Source of the DNA: Eledone cirrhosa
Lineage: Eukaryota
Direction: 5' to 3'
Assembly: GCA_964016885.1 (NCBI GenBank)
Contig: OZ024742.1
Location: 136,958,001-137,022,000, forward strand
DNA: 64,000 bases
Position 1 is the stretch's first letter, and every line of letters starts with the position of its first letter. This document shows positions 14,390-27,968 of the stretch, piece after piece. A program made the translations under genes and the position numbers. Below the pieces are notes generated by a model. That model ran no database searches and was not told where the DNA came from. It saw only the letters and a list, made by a program, of their open reading frames with translations.

Positions 14390-15610
14390 GAGCGCTTGAA
14401 AACATTCAAACCCCAAGCGCTCACTCTGGGTCTTTGCTTGACTCAGGACTACAACTCCTTAAGGAGACGAGCTGGGGAAGAACATGAATAGCGAAAGATC
14501 GAGAACACCTTACCACGAAGGGAAATTTGGAGAGGTCGTAGCCACAACACAAGTTTGACCATCATCAGCCATGGCATGCCCAATCCTCCACGTAGCGTGT
14601 GTTGACAGCTGATGGCCGCCCGAACAATGGAACCTGTCTCTTCCAAAAAAAAAGGGAGAGTAGACGTTCCAGTACAGTCAGACGTCAACTAGGACAACGT
14701 ACGACGGTCAGGTAGTAGGAAATGACAGAAGCGATGTACACTTCACTATTTCTGCCCGACACTTCAAGAATAGCTTCCCCACAGCCCATTTCTGGGTGAG
14801 AGAAGACACCCTGCTCGTTACTTCATCCCAGATTTTATCCATCTGAAGGTCCGATTCAAACCAGATTCTAAGCAATTTAACCGTTCGGTCCATCAAACAC
14901 CCGATGACGCTGTTGGTCGGAATTGAAATGTCTCCATTGCTGTCGAGCTGCAGGCCCACCGACGTTTCCTTGGTGATTTTTTTTATTATGTTACAGCTTC
15001 TTTCACCTTGAAAGCGGTGCCAATCATTTAAATGTATTCGGTGTATGACACCACTAGGGTGACGTCGTTGCCATATGCTGATTCAGATCTTTCACGAACT
15101 ATTTCGCGCAGGATACCCCTCAACGTTTCCAATTTGGGTAGTAATGGCCCGAGAATCAATACATAAAAAAGAGACGAGAGGGTACATTGGTAGACCCAAC
15201 GCATGACGTTGAATGGTTCCGAAAGGTTACCGTTTTACTTCAGCAATACATCAGATGTGGTTGTGCAATACAGTGATATTTCACCTGAAAACGTGTTGGA
15301 AGCCGGCTGCTTTCAGACTTGCCACGAGATAGCGAAGGTCCACACTATCGAAAGCCTTTGATTGGTCTAAATTGATCAGGGACCTACCCTGCGAGGTTCC
15401 TTAGTTACCATCGATGGATGTGTCAGGAATAGCGCATGGTTGCGCTTTCTACACCAGACTACCAACGACAATTGCCAACATCTTTACTACCATCTTGACC
15501 ACAATTTGCACTGAAATGCCCCTCGCTGCCATTTCCTGTGCCGGAACGTTTAATTTTGCCGTGGTATTTTCTCTGGCGATGATCTTTGCTGTCTCGGCCA
15601 AACATTTCCC
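14390..15610 (-). pseudogene. L1/Tx1-like LINE RT fragment
   Basis: Reverse complement gives INLDQSKAFDSVD, SAYGNDVT, WAVGKLFLKCRAEI and HTLRGGLGMPWL; disrupted by stops and frameshifts. Confidence 0.8.
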
Positions 15611-15778
15611 TCTTTTCTCTTACATTCATTGTGTACAAAGTTTCAGCTTTTGCAAATGTATCTGCAAGAGGTGAAACTTATTATTGGTGCTGCTGTTAGT
15701 ATTGTTCCTGTTCACGTTGATTTGTTGTTAGTGTTATCATTGTTGGTGTTGTTATTGCTAACACACATACACACGCAT

Positions 15779-15937
<159 letters not shown>

Positions 15938-16794
15938 CATACATACTACGCGTATATGTATGTATTTCAGTGTTTCTCTCTTAATACCCTCTTATATATT
16001 CAAACATGTTTATATAGAAATGGGTGTATACATATACTTACTCTCTTTCTCCCTGTCTTTATCTCACACACACACACGCCCACACATGCACTCACACACA
16101 ATGAAACACCGTTACAAATTCGCAAAAAAAAAATTGATAAAGTCAGTGCTGAGGTTATCATCATCGTCACTTTCCTTGCAGTTTCCTTTGTTATCTACAG
16201 AATTAGCTAATTTTGAGTTTGTATATATCTAGTTATTGTTTTTCTGCTGATGAATTCAGTTGGGACTGGAAAATCTAATATATGCAATAATGGAGGCTGT
16301 GGTTGTGTATGAATTTTGAGATCATCGCTCGAGGCAGGCAGATCTAGCAACGCTACGCCATTTTAAAGTCATTGCTCTTTCCACGAAACATGGCGAATGG
16401 CTTAGCCAGCTAGGCAGTTACTGTAATTATTAACTTGTCTAGATTGAATAGAGGATAAGTGAGAAGTGAGTATGCCAATACGATTACGTTCTATGTTCTT
16501 GACTTGAGGGGATTGGCCTTATATAATTGTCTGCGTAGTATTCCGTCATTATCACCATTTTCGCAGTCGCCGTCACCGTCGTCATAATTCCAACAATTGA
16601 AAGGTTTCCAGGTATTCCGACAGCCACATATGAAGTAAAACTTTCTGATATGAAAGCACACTCCCCGGCAAAATAAAATAACAAATAATCACGTGAAGGA
16701 TGTGAATAATTAATTCTATTTGATATAAATATAAAATAGAATAGAAAAATAATATGAAAGCTAAAAAATAAATTGATGCAAAAATGAATAAATT

Positions 16795-16880
16795 ATAATT
16801 GTTTCTACTTTTGGCACAAGGCCAGCAATTACCCAGTACATTACTGGTACTTTATTTTATCGACCCTATAAGGAGGAAAT
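16795..16880 (-). mobile_element. SINE 3' fragment
   Basis: Reverse complement of the SINE 3' half. Confidence 0.75.
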
Positions 16881-16958
16881 GCATCAATTTATTTTTTAGG
16901 TTTCATATTATATGAATAAATTATAATGAAATTAAAATATAGACGAAATGTACAGAGC

Positions 16959-17604
16959 ATTTAATTTATCTTAATTTTGGATATATATATATATAAATAC
17001 AGCCCCTTAATTGTAGAGCTAACTCAGTTGAAAGGACTTGACTGTTGTTTCTAGTTGTCGATAACCCTATTCACGCTACCGGGACGAAGCTGGTATGATG
17101 TGTGTATTTTTAGTAAATACAGCACGTGTTACTAGCCAGTCGCTGATTTGAATTGGATGCGTAAACCAGATGGTTGGACCTCTTCCTTGTTGAAAATCCA
17201 GGATCTGGCTACTGTCGTTTACCAATCGATTAATTGGTGAAATATATTTCTTTAATGGAATATATAGAAGGAAGATTAATCTTTTTATAAGGTATCTATT
17301 TTTGAAGCTCTAGTTAAACTTTATTTAGTTACCTACCTTGCTATGTGTGCTTACACACTTTTACAAATTATCCCCTGTGATTGTTTCATATGTTTATTTA
17401 TATGTCAATCAATTTCTAGTTGATATAAAATGTTCGGATCTATTCATTAGAATCTTGGAGCATATTTTACGGGTGATATGGCGCATGTCTATCCGGCATA
17501 ACACCCTTAATTTAATTTAATTTAATTTATCTTAATTTTGGATATATATATATATATACGGCCCCTTAATTGTAGAGCTAACTCAGTTGAAAGGACTTTC
17601 ACTG
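16959..17604. repeat. ~85-bp direct repeats (16959-17044, 17520-17604) flanking ~480 bp
   Basis: ATTTAATTTATCTTAATTTTGG(AT)n..GCCCCTTAATTGTAGAGCTAACTCAGTTGAAAGGACTT occurs twice. Confidence 0.8.
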
Positions 17605-17679
17605 GATTACACGTCATCGAATTACATTGAGTTCTATCTACGGTTCGGACACTACCACACTGAAAAAAAAAATATATAT

Positions 17680-20340
17680 ACAATGATATTAAATAAATGG
17701 AAACTATATTTATAAAACCATATTTATTTTATTATATATATTTCAAGGGTACCAAAAGACTTTGGTACGCTTTCTTCAGATAAAATACAAAATTTGTTTT
17801 ATAAATAGAGACATACCCAGGAAAATCATACCTTATCAATTGGATATTCTCTGAATAGTGGAAATGTATTAGGGATTTTTCAAATTTATGGGTGTATATG
17901 AAAATGAATATGTAAATAACTGAAAAACAACCGTTTACTTAAACGACTATGGAGAGAAAGCAGAGAGAAGAGAAGAAGGACAAAATGTGAGAGAGAGAGA
18001 AGGAAAAAAAACGAAGATGAATAAAACCTCATATGACGTTAATTTGAGGGAAATATATTCGGACAATTACGTATGTTTATATGTAAATATATATCTTAAT
18101 ATTATGTGTATTTATATTAATTGTTTAAAATTTGTTTATAATATAATATTTTTCATTCGTTTATAAGTAGATAAATAAATAAATAAATAGATGAGTATAT
18201 CATGTTATAGATATTTGTTCAAATGAGTTATGAGGGATATTGGTTTTGTATTTTATGTAAATAAATATGTATTTAAAATTGAGAATAATTTAAAATTAAA
18301 TTAAATTAAATTAACTAAGTTAAGTAAGAATATTTATATTTATATGATTTAAAAGTGAAGATAAGGAAAAAACTCCGGTTTTATTTATTTATATAGATGT
18401 TTAAGATACATTTAGCTAGAATCAGTTAGTGGTTATTAATCTATTGAAAAAATATTGAAAAATTATTGACAAAATATTGAAAAGATATTGAAAAATATTG
18501 AAAAAATATATTGAAAAAATATATAAAAAAATATATTTAAAAATATTGAAAAGAATATTGAAAAAATAAAAAAATAAATAAAAAAAAAACATTGAGAACA
18601 TTTTTTTTCTTATTTTTGAGAACATTTTTTTAAAATCCTTTCAAAAGTTTTTTTTTTTTAATATAAGTAATTTTTAAAGAAATAAAAAATTCAAATTAAA
18701 AATTATTCAAAAAAAAAAAAAAAATTCTGTTAGAGATATGATTTAAGGTTATCAATATATTAAAACCAAGTAGATGGGATTAATAGGAATATTATAAGTA
18801 TAATTATAAGTTATATATAGTTATGAATGTTGAATTCTGGCGAAGTCTACAAGAATTAAATAAATTCGAGAGTTTTTACAGCTAAGTTTATAAAAAATTT
18901 CCTCAATACCCAATTTGCAGAATCTGGATAGAGCTGTGTTTCGGTATGCGGGTGATTTTGAAACTGTTTCCCAAGCTAATGAATAGTCTATATTCTTGCA
19001 TTTTAAGTTCCATATCAGGTTTGAAAGAGAAGTTGAAGATTTTTTAATCGAATCTTCGGAAAGAAAAATTGTGGTTATTCCAGCGACGTTTAAATTCTGT
19101 AGAAGTTGCAGCGACATAGTTAAATACATTATCACTAGTTTTAACTGTGCATTTATAGACCACGTTTTTATCTAAACACTTATTTTGTAAAGGACAGTTT
19201 GATTTAATTCTACAATTACATTTTGCGGAGTTGTTGTTGCTCGGAACGGTACTATTAGGTTGGATATTGCTAGAATTATTACTGCTATTTTGGTTATTTT
19301 GGTTAGGGTTTAAATTTCAGTTTCTATTATTAATTTTATTTATATTTTGTGATATTTTCATAGTAGTAGAGTAGGATAGTTTTATAGTATGTATGTTATA
19401 GATTGAGTGGTATATGTGGGCTTTAAGAACACATTTGTCTAGTGCTTTAAAAAATAGCTTTGCTAAAGGTGTTTTAACGCTTAATGAGAATGGGGGTGAA
19501 TACCAAATAATATTTCTAGTTCTAGTTCTTCTGTTAGTTTTAGAGATTAAGTTACATTTATTATTATTATTATAATTAATAGTAGGGTGATTTATTGTTG
19601 TTGATGTATTTAATCTTATTTATATACCCTGCACTATTTAATGATTCATTATAATATTCTGCCTTATCATAAAAAATGTTTTGATTAGCGGAGATGCGTG
19701 AAATCCGTTGTTGGGCACAATTGCCAATAGTGTTCTTAGTAGATCTAGGATGATTAGAGTTAAAACGTACATAGTTTAGATTCTCATTCATTTTATGGAA
19801 TGGATAGTAGAGCCCTGTTCTAAAAAGTTAACGATTTTATAGTTATTCTCTATTTCTAACTTAAGGTTGTAGTGATTGAAGAATTGTATTATGGATTTTC
19901 TTTTCCTATTACTTTCACAATTACTATGATTTTCAATTAAAAGCAGCATATCATCACGATATAAGCAACCGGTCATCTCTTGTAATTTTCTATGCAGTGT
20001 ATTATTAATAAATAACCCCACAAGATCCGTTATTTGCACCGAGTCGTATGATCCCATGGTGATATCAAAATTATTTATTCTATCGGCTCTTGTCCAGAGA
20101 TGATTGTTGAATTCAATTAAAGTTTTACGTGCAGTTAAAATGACATGCATTTCTTCGCTAGATAAATCTGTATGTTTAGATACATATATAAGAGCCTTAC
20201 TAAGTAAACTAGGAGTAATAGAGGAGTAGTAGTTTGCAATATCCATTTGAATGAATATTTTGTTATGTTTAAATGTTATGTTATTGAACCAATCTATAAC
20301 CTCATTAGTACCGTTCCATAGTTTTAGGTAAGATATTTCT
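17680..20340 (-). mobile_element. 5'-truncated Penelope-like element (Naiad-like): RT, CxCx5Cx5C linker, GIY-YIG, 3' UTR with hammerhead
   Basis: IFIQMDIANYYSSI, FDITMGSYDSVQITDLVGL, CLYRDDML, YVRFNSNHP, IWYSPPFSL, CNCRIKSNCPLQNKC, STSLSNLIWNLK..FCKL; frameshifted. Confidence 0.9.
17727..17785 (-). ncRNA. Type I hammerhead ribozyme in PLE 3' terminus
   Basis: TTTTAT-CTGAAGA-AAGcGTACCAAA gtct TTTGGTACcCTT-GAAA-TATATA-TA-ATAAAA. Confidence 0.8.
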
Positions 20341-20546
20341 TAAATATATCAGTTATAAACATTTATATTTATATTTGTCGGATTTCCAACAAATTAAATA
20401 CCCTTCTACTTATATATATATATATATATATAAAATATTAAACAAATAATGAATAAAACAATGAAACAGTTCCTTATATTAAACAAAAAAAGTTCATTAT
20501 TTAACGATCGTTTCTAGGATATATATGTGTTAGAATGAGATTTATC

Positions 20547-20639
<93 letters not shown>

Positions 20640-20647
20640 TATATATA

Positions 20648-20810
20648 TAGGAAAAGAGTCAGGACCCCGACTGCTCAGCTTCGACCGTTTCGACAGCTTT
20701 CGGATCTAGCTGTCGAAACGGCCGGAGCTCAGTCGTCGGGGTCCTGACTCTTTTCCTATTACCCACTCTACTACCCGGAGTATCGAGTATCCTGTGCGTT
20801 ATCGTCCACC
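20648..20810 (+). mobile_element. Family B fold-back element
   Basis: Arm 20648-20698 is inverted against 20708-20758; flanked by (TA)n. Confidence 0.8.
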
Positions 20811-20851
20811 TATATATATATATACATGTGTGTGTGTCTGCATATATGTGT

Positions 20852-20935
<84 letters not shown>

Positions 20936-21059
20936 ACATGTATATATTATATATATATATTTTGGTCCTTTCGAATTATGAACAGCAACAATATGTTTCT
21001 GTTTATTTCAGGTCTCCCTTAACTTTAGTTAATTTAACTTTATAGTGACAAAAAGGACA

Positions 21060-21320
21060 ACACCTGTATTAGACAGGTTTGACGGACATAATTGAGATAA
21101 TCAAGAAGCGCAAACATAGATGGGGTGGACACATCTCTCGTCTGAGATACAAGAGGTGGTTTGTTAGAGCGACGGAGTGCACAGCAAAGAAATGGAGAAG
21201 AACTAGGGGAAGGCCAAAAGTAAGATGTGACGATCTGACAGAATATCTCTGTGCAACATGGCCCAATATCTCTAGAGATTAGAAGAGGTGCAAGTCAACT
21301 TGGGACAGTTTTTTCCAACA
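21060..21320 (+). pseudogene. RTE-like LINE 3' coding fragment
   Basis: DIIEIIKKRKHRWGGHISRL...RGRPKVRCDDL. Confidence 0.75.
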
Positions 21321-21447
21321 AGATTCAGAAGGCCCTGGACTTCGGATTTAGGATTTATCATCGCGGTGGACAGTAGGTTTTGGGATGTATGGACAGCAGA
21401 CATTAGGTATGATAGTTATCTGTTTATGGTTTGGTATTAATATTATT

Positions 21448-21830
21448 GGTGGATTGGCAGTATCGGTAGAGGGTCGGACACCATTCTTTGACGCATAGAG
21501 TTACGGCCTTTGCCATTCTGAGTTCAACTCCCGCCGAAGTTAACTTTGCTTTTCATCCTGACGGGGTTGATAAAATAAAGTACCAGTAATGCACTGGTTT
21601 AATTGCTGGTTTTGTGCCAAAAGTAGAAACAATTATTATTAGCTGTGGATTGGCAGAATCGGTAGAGGGTTGGACATGCTTTCCAGCATAGTTACGTCCT
21701 TTTACGATCTGAGTTCAAATCCCGCCAAGGTTAACTTTTCCTTTCATCCTTAAGAGGTCGATAAAATAATGTAGCAGTAACGTACTGGGTATTTGCTGGC
21801 CTTGTGCCGAAGGTAGAAATGATTATTATT
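21448..21830 (+). mobile_element. Two SINEs in direct tandem (21448-21640, 21641-21830)
   Basis: Two consecutive full copies of the 9471 family. Confidence 0.85.
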
Positions 21831-22578
21831 AGCTGTTCTGTAGTGTTTTTGATATTAATATATCCAGTAACCACAGTATTTGAGGGAAAAGAATATTGGG
21901 GGTGAGTGGGGCCTGACGAATTCTGTATTCTTATCCCCAGTATAGTAGATTGTATTTTATTACGTAATAACTGATGAGATATTAACTTCTTGAAACAGCT
22001 CTCTTCATTTCTGAAAGTCTGTTTAGTTTCTGTGACATTTTCACAGAACAAAAGCGAAAAATATATTATTCACAACGAAACATTTTTTTTTAATTTGATA
22101 ACGGGGCTTATATATGTTTATTGTGCATAAACATACCGTATATAATTTAATATACCCATAAATTTTCAGAACGTTATCTTAGTGCTACTGCCGATTAATA
22201 TATATATAGAATGGAAAACGAAAAATCAGTGATGCATAGGTACTCCATTTATTGTGTGTTACAATTGTTTCCCCTCGAGATGCGAAGTGAATGTGGATCT
22301 ACCTGACTATAGACTCGCAGGTTCCTCGGACACGTCTATTGATTTCGGAGCATATCCTCTTTCTGGCGTGTTCTGGCTGTACAGGCCTATATCGTCCACC
22401 TTCATCCGCTTTGTGCGTCCATGTGTTGGTCACCGGTTAGCATGAAGATGGATGATATAGGCATGTTTGTGTGTTGGATTCTTATAGAATTCCAGTAACA
22501 ATCAGGAACTGATTGTTACTGGATTGTTACTGATTACCTAATTGTTACTGGAATTCTATAAGAATCCAACCCACATAA

Positions 22579-22671
22579 TTTTCGGCAGACGGGGAGAGTA
22601 GTGAGTTTTGATAAGTACCAATCAGTACGAAACAGCGCCGTCAACTTATCTCCTCCTGTCTGTCGAAAGTT
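22579..22671 (+). ncRNA. Type I hammerhead ribozyme, U3-A8 core variant, extended stem I
   Basis: GAGTT-TTGATAA-GTAC caatca GTAC-GAAA-CAGCGCCG-TC-AACTT. Outer TTTCGGCAGACGGGGAGA pairs with TCTCCTCCTGTCTGTCGAAA. Confidence 0.75.
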
Positions 22672-22807
22672 TATGTAAACGACAATTGTCGCTACTTTAA
22701 AACAATAGCGTATGGTCTTCAAAATGCTTTTAATTAAGCATACAGTGTATTGCAAAATACACTATATATACATTCATATATACATCACTATTTCCGAGCA
22801 TCAATTC

Positions 22808-22847
<40 letters not shown>

Positions 22848-22848
<1 letters not shown>

Positions 22849-25504
22849 TAGGGCGGGTAAAATTCCAGAGATCCATGGACGAGTTCTCTCCAGCGGTCTC
22901 TGTCCCTCATTATCGCTGCCATGTCCTGCGTCTCCAACAGACCAGTGTCTGTCCTTAGGGCATCAACATACGTTAACCCCGGTCTTCCTCTTCCAGTCTG
23001 TCCATGTAGGGGCTCCCACAGGAGCATTGAGTGCAATGTCAACTCTGGATGCCGGTGAGCATGTCCAGCTAACCTCAGTCTCCTCTGTGTCACTTTTGAG
23101 CTGACTTTTGGGAGACTTCTATACAGTTCTGAGTTTTTCATCCTCAGTGTATACAGAATAATGTTCAGAGCCATCCTCAGCATTCTCGTGTAGCACCAAT
23201 CCACCATCTGAGGGAGTTTCTTGGTCAGTGTCCAAGTCTCAGACCCGTACAGCAGCACAGACTCCACTACAGCAATGAAGAGGCGGATTTTCAGGTTTTA
23301 CGAAGGTCCGACTTCCACACCGATCTCAAGCTGTGGCACGCCGCCCATGCTTTACTCTTCCTCTCAACCACATCGTCTTCTGGATTCCCAATCTTTGCTC
23401 CCAAATACAGGAAGTCCTCAACCAAATCTAGCGGCTTCCCGCCTACATTAGTGATCCCCTCTGGCTTCTCAACATTCTCTACCTGATGTTTTGTTTTAGT
23501 CTCAGTCATTCTCAGCGACACACTCATCGACACAGTCTCAACCTCCTGCATTAACTCATCTGCCTCTTTCACTATATTTGTCACCAAAACTATGTCGTCG
23601 GCAAATTCAGCATCCGATATCTTTTTCGCCTTAACTCTCCTACTCTGAGCCGGTGCTACAGTAAAGCCAGAGTCCTGGTGTTTCTCCAGTGCAAGACGCA
23701 TACAATAGTCCACTACGATGATAAACAGGTAGCCAATGTATCTCCCTGGAGCAATCCAGCCAGTATCTCAAAGAACTCTGTCATCCCATCAGGTGTAATG
23801 ACTTGGGCTTTGGTGTTGGTGTAGAGCAGTGATATCAGGTCCACCATCTTCTTGGGGATTCCATAAGCCTGTAAGATCTTCATCAGTTAGTGACGGTCCA
23901 CAGAATCAAAGGTCTTCTTAAAGTCAATGAAAACCATGACCGCAGGAAGGCACTTTACTCTAGCTCCCTCTAATATCCTCCTCAGCATCAGGATGTGACT
24001 GGTGGTTGATCTTCCCTTTCTGAAACCGTTCTGATTGTCCCTGAGCTTCTTCTCCATCTCAGGCTGGATCCTGTTAAGAATCATCCTGTTGAGGGTCTTT
24101 GCCACAAGTGACGTCAATGAGATCCCCCTGTAGTTGTTGGTGTTAGAGAGATCTCCCTTCTTTGGCACTGGGACGATGTTACTGATCCTCCACTGATTTG
24201 GGACAACTCCTTTCTCCAGTGCCTGATTACAGAACCCCAGGATGATATCATCAAAATCACACCTCTTCATCACCTCTGATACCACTCCATCTTCTCCATG
24301 AGCCTTGCCCTCCTTGATTTTCTTCTTGGCTCTCTGAAGCTTCTCTCTGGCGAAGGGCTCTATCTCAAAAGTCCAGTTCTTCAAACAGCCGGCTGTTCTC
24401 CCCAGTGCTCTGTGCTGTGGAGGGCGGCCCTCCTAGTAGGGTCCTAAAATGGTCTAGCAATTTCCTCTTCCTATCCTCGGGCCCTGTTCCCTCGATCTGA
24501 CTCGAACGCCATCTCTTCCTCCCTGTGATCTTGTTGATGATCATCCAGCTCTCCTCACATCCAGACCTGTCAACCGCTCTCTCCACACTTCTGATCTTCT
24601 CTATCAGTGCCTCCTCTCTGGCCTCAGTGTAAGCGGTACAGAGTTCTTCCCTTATAACCTCCACAGTCTCTATCCTTTCCTCCGTAGTATCAGCATAGAC
24701 TTGGTCCTTGGAAGATTTCAGGTGTTCTCTGGCTGCATATTCTTTTGGGTTTGCAGAGCTGACGTGCTTCCTTTTGTTCTTTCTCCACGGCACCAGGGTC
24801 TCACTTGCTTCTTCCACTGCATTGGTGAAGTGCCCGTACCTCCTCGTCACACTCTCCTCAGTTCACCCAATCTCTTTCTCTTCTGTCTCTCCACACAGAG
24901 CACTGAACCTGTTCCTCACTTCCACTGTGAACCTCTCCTGTAGCTTATCATCTTCCTTGAAAGCTCCCCAGTCATAGATTGTTCTCCGGAGCCGAGCCTT
25001 GCTCTTTCTTAAGTTCACCCGACCTCACTCATAACAAGCCGGTGGTCACTACACAGTGTACTGAAATAGCTGTATGGTTCTGTGTTCAGAACACTATTCT
25101 GCCACTTCTTCCTCACCAGAATTAAATCAATCTGGGACTTGGACAGGTGCATATCTGAGATGTAGGTCCACATCTTCTCCGTATTCTTACTAAACCTTAG
25201 GTTTGTCGCTATCAAGTTCGTCTCTCAGTAGTCTTCCATTTCGGTTGGTGTTGTTATGGAAGTACCAGCAAGGATCTTCACTGCCCTCCTTACACAGATG
25301 TGCATTGAAGGCCCCCAAAACAAGCAGGATGTTGTGTGCTTGTGTGGTGTTGACAGCTCTACACACCTCCTCATGGAACTCTTCGGCATTCACATCACTG
25401 TCTCCCTCGGTTGGACTATAGGCTGAGATGACTCTCAGTCTTGGGTTTCCATTGAAAGTCACCCTCAACACTCGCGGGGAGACAGGTATTATTTCCCTTA
25501 CCAA
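22848..25504 (-). mobile_element. RTE-clade LINE, APE endonuclease plus RT, frameshifted, flanked by (TA)n
   Basis: VISAYSPT, LVLGAFNAH, SQIDLILV, SDHRLV, NYRGISLTSLVAK, QNGFRKGRST, FIDFKKTFDSV, LLQGDT, EFADDIVL, FLYLGA, LLYGSETW, RLRLAGH, GRGRP. Confidence 0.95.
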
Positions 25505-25872
25505 TAGACTATATATATATATATAAGGACTACTGGCTTTTCAAATTTAGCTGTCCTTCTAGCACTGATGGAGAGCACCACTAATTATTAATATCGATGT
25601 AATTTTTTATATCGATATTGCATGGGCATCCACTGATGGATATACCTAAGTACAATCCCAATTAAGTGTTTGGGGTGCTAACTATGTAGTATTTCATTGA
25701 AAGTTGGTTGTATTATTTTATATGAGACATAATTCAATAAATCTCCCTTTCTTTCCATACGATCGTTTCCTTATAAGATTTCTACAAGTTGGGATAAATA
25801 TTATATCCTAATGTTTGTTGAGTGAGATGAAGTTGATCAGAGTATCGCTTAAAACTTTCTCTGTTAATGTAT

Positions 25873-25978
<106 letters not shown>

Positions 25979-25981
25979 TAT

Positions 25982-26350
25982 AGTAATAATAGTAAAATTG
26001 AAGACTAAAATCCAAAGAGGGCTCGATAAGGAAAATATATATCAAATATATAAGAACCGTAGAGCAAATATTTATTAAAATAACAGATTAAAGTTTAAGC
26101 AAAGAATCGCTGCTTTCACCCTTAACGGGATCTTCTGAAACTAACAAAGTCAATCTGTAAACGCAGAACTGGATATTTCAAAAAACGTTGCAACCGGAGG
26201 AAGACAGGAAGACGATACTTTGGTTCGTGGTAACGTTCGCTGGCAAAGAACGGGAAAAAACGAATAATACGTCATTAATAGGAGCGGTGAAAAGCAATTA
26301 CACGCAAAGACAGAACCACGTTTATGGTATAAAAGAGGTCGTAGACTAAT
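25982..26350 (-). mobile_element. Family C element, 3' end on (TA)n
   Basis: Near-identical to 38880-39238; fragments at 36455-36512 and 37404-37637. Confidence 0.8.
26093..26141 (-). ncRNA. Hammerhead-like motif, CAGAAGA core (family C)
   Basis: GTTT-CAGAAGA-tCCC gttaa GGGt-GAAA-GCA gcgattctt TGC-TT-AAAC; same motif at 37425-37473 (-) and 38991-39039 (-). Confidence 0.65.
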
Positions 26351-26446
26351 GTTCTCTTAGGTGGTGCATAGAGATGTTCTCTGGCAATGAACGAAAAAAC
26401 GAAGATAATAAGTCATATGTGGAGCGTGGAGAACAATATCACGCAA

Positions 26447-26514
<68 letters not shown>

Positions 26515-26959
26515 TAGGATTGGAAACAGCACGGAAAATATATTTACAAATCTGCTTTTCTTTTTTTTTTCTTGTTTGATCCGTCATAGTGACATTATTG
26601 TACGTCAATACCCATCTTTTTTCGATTTCTTAGAGGGTTCTAAAACCCACTATCAGGCTAATTATAAATATATATATTTATATATATATACACACATACA
26701 GAGACAAACACACATATATATATACACACACATATATAAACATATACATACACATATGTGTTTGTGTATATATATATATATAAATATAAATTAGCGAGAA
26801 TCGTATTTCAGCTCAGGAATTAACGAAAATCAACGTCCGATATGTGTGGCAAGCGCTCGATGATTCGTGTGAATCAGAGCTACAACATACGTTAAGGGCC
26901 AAACACACCGAGATGATGGTTAAACATATCATCCGCACAGCCAAAACAAACGACCAAGT

Positions 26960-27135
26960 AATTCGGGTCAAACAATAAACATATTTGTGTTGATACTTTC
27001 CCGGACCCTGGACTGATGGTAAAATCCAGTATTGGTTTCTGCGACTCCAAAATAATGTACTGTCCGCCTACATAAAGAATGTTGGGCTTCTGGTAAGATG
27101 ACTGAACAAGGAAGCCGTGTTATCAACGGGTTTTG
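26960..27135 (-). pseudogene. PLE GIY-YIG C-terminal remnant
   Basis: AQHSLCRRTVHYFGVAETNTGFYHQSRVRESINTN resembles the AEH..H.I....E....R.v.ES pattern. Confidence 0.4.
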
Positions 27136-27139
27136 CTCC

Positions 27140-27209
<70 letters not shown>

Positions 27210-27235
27210 TAAACAAAATACGGGTAATTCATAGT

Positions 27236-27383
27236 AAAACTCATTATTTTACGATCGTTTCTGGGGGGTAGTTCTCCGTATGTTCATTCTATTAGTGATC
27301 TATGTAAAATATATTATAAATTATGAAAGTAAGAAAATAAACATAGTCTTCTCTACCCGCCGTCTTCAGAAATAATGAGTTTT
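27236..27383 (-). ncRNA. Type I hammerhead with ~100-nt stem II, in a TA-flanked element (~27210-27745)
   Basis: AAAACTCATTATTT-CTGAAGA-[GGGTAG..TATGTTT..GAACATA..CTACCC]-GAAA-CGATCG-TA-AAATAATGAGTTTT; stem I is 14 bp. Confidence 0.8.
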
Positions 27384-27758
27384 GTTTATTGAAGAATATA
27401 AAAACATGTATGAATAAGTAACCTTTTAAGAACAAGGTTGAGATTGACCAATAGTAAAAATACGAAGGCGAATATAGATCATTAAGCTGGTAGTAGTAGA
27501 TGAATAAATTGGCAGTCAAGGGATGAGGTATCGAATAACCTTTAAGAAAAGAAAGGTTGCGAGTGTGAAGGAATTTAGACAGATTGTATAGAAATTTCAG
27601 AAAAGTGTGGATGGTCAAGGAAGATTAAAGTTGGAGGAAAAGGGGTGCAGATATCAGTGTGTTGTATCCAGTAGAATAGTATAGAACATTCCTAAATATT
27701 TGTTATTTCTTTGTTCAAGAGGAATAATTTGTTCTAAAAATAGAATTATATATATATC

Positions 27759-27968
<210 letters not shown>

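Noticed and set aside
25540-25780. CTGATGG motifs and a GAAACGATCGTA half-site
   Set aside because: The halves lie on opposite strands and cannot form one ribozyme; at most a rearranged relic.
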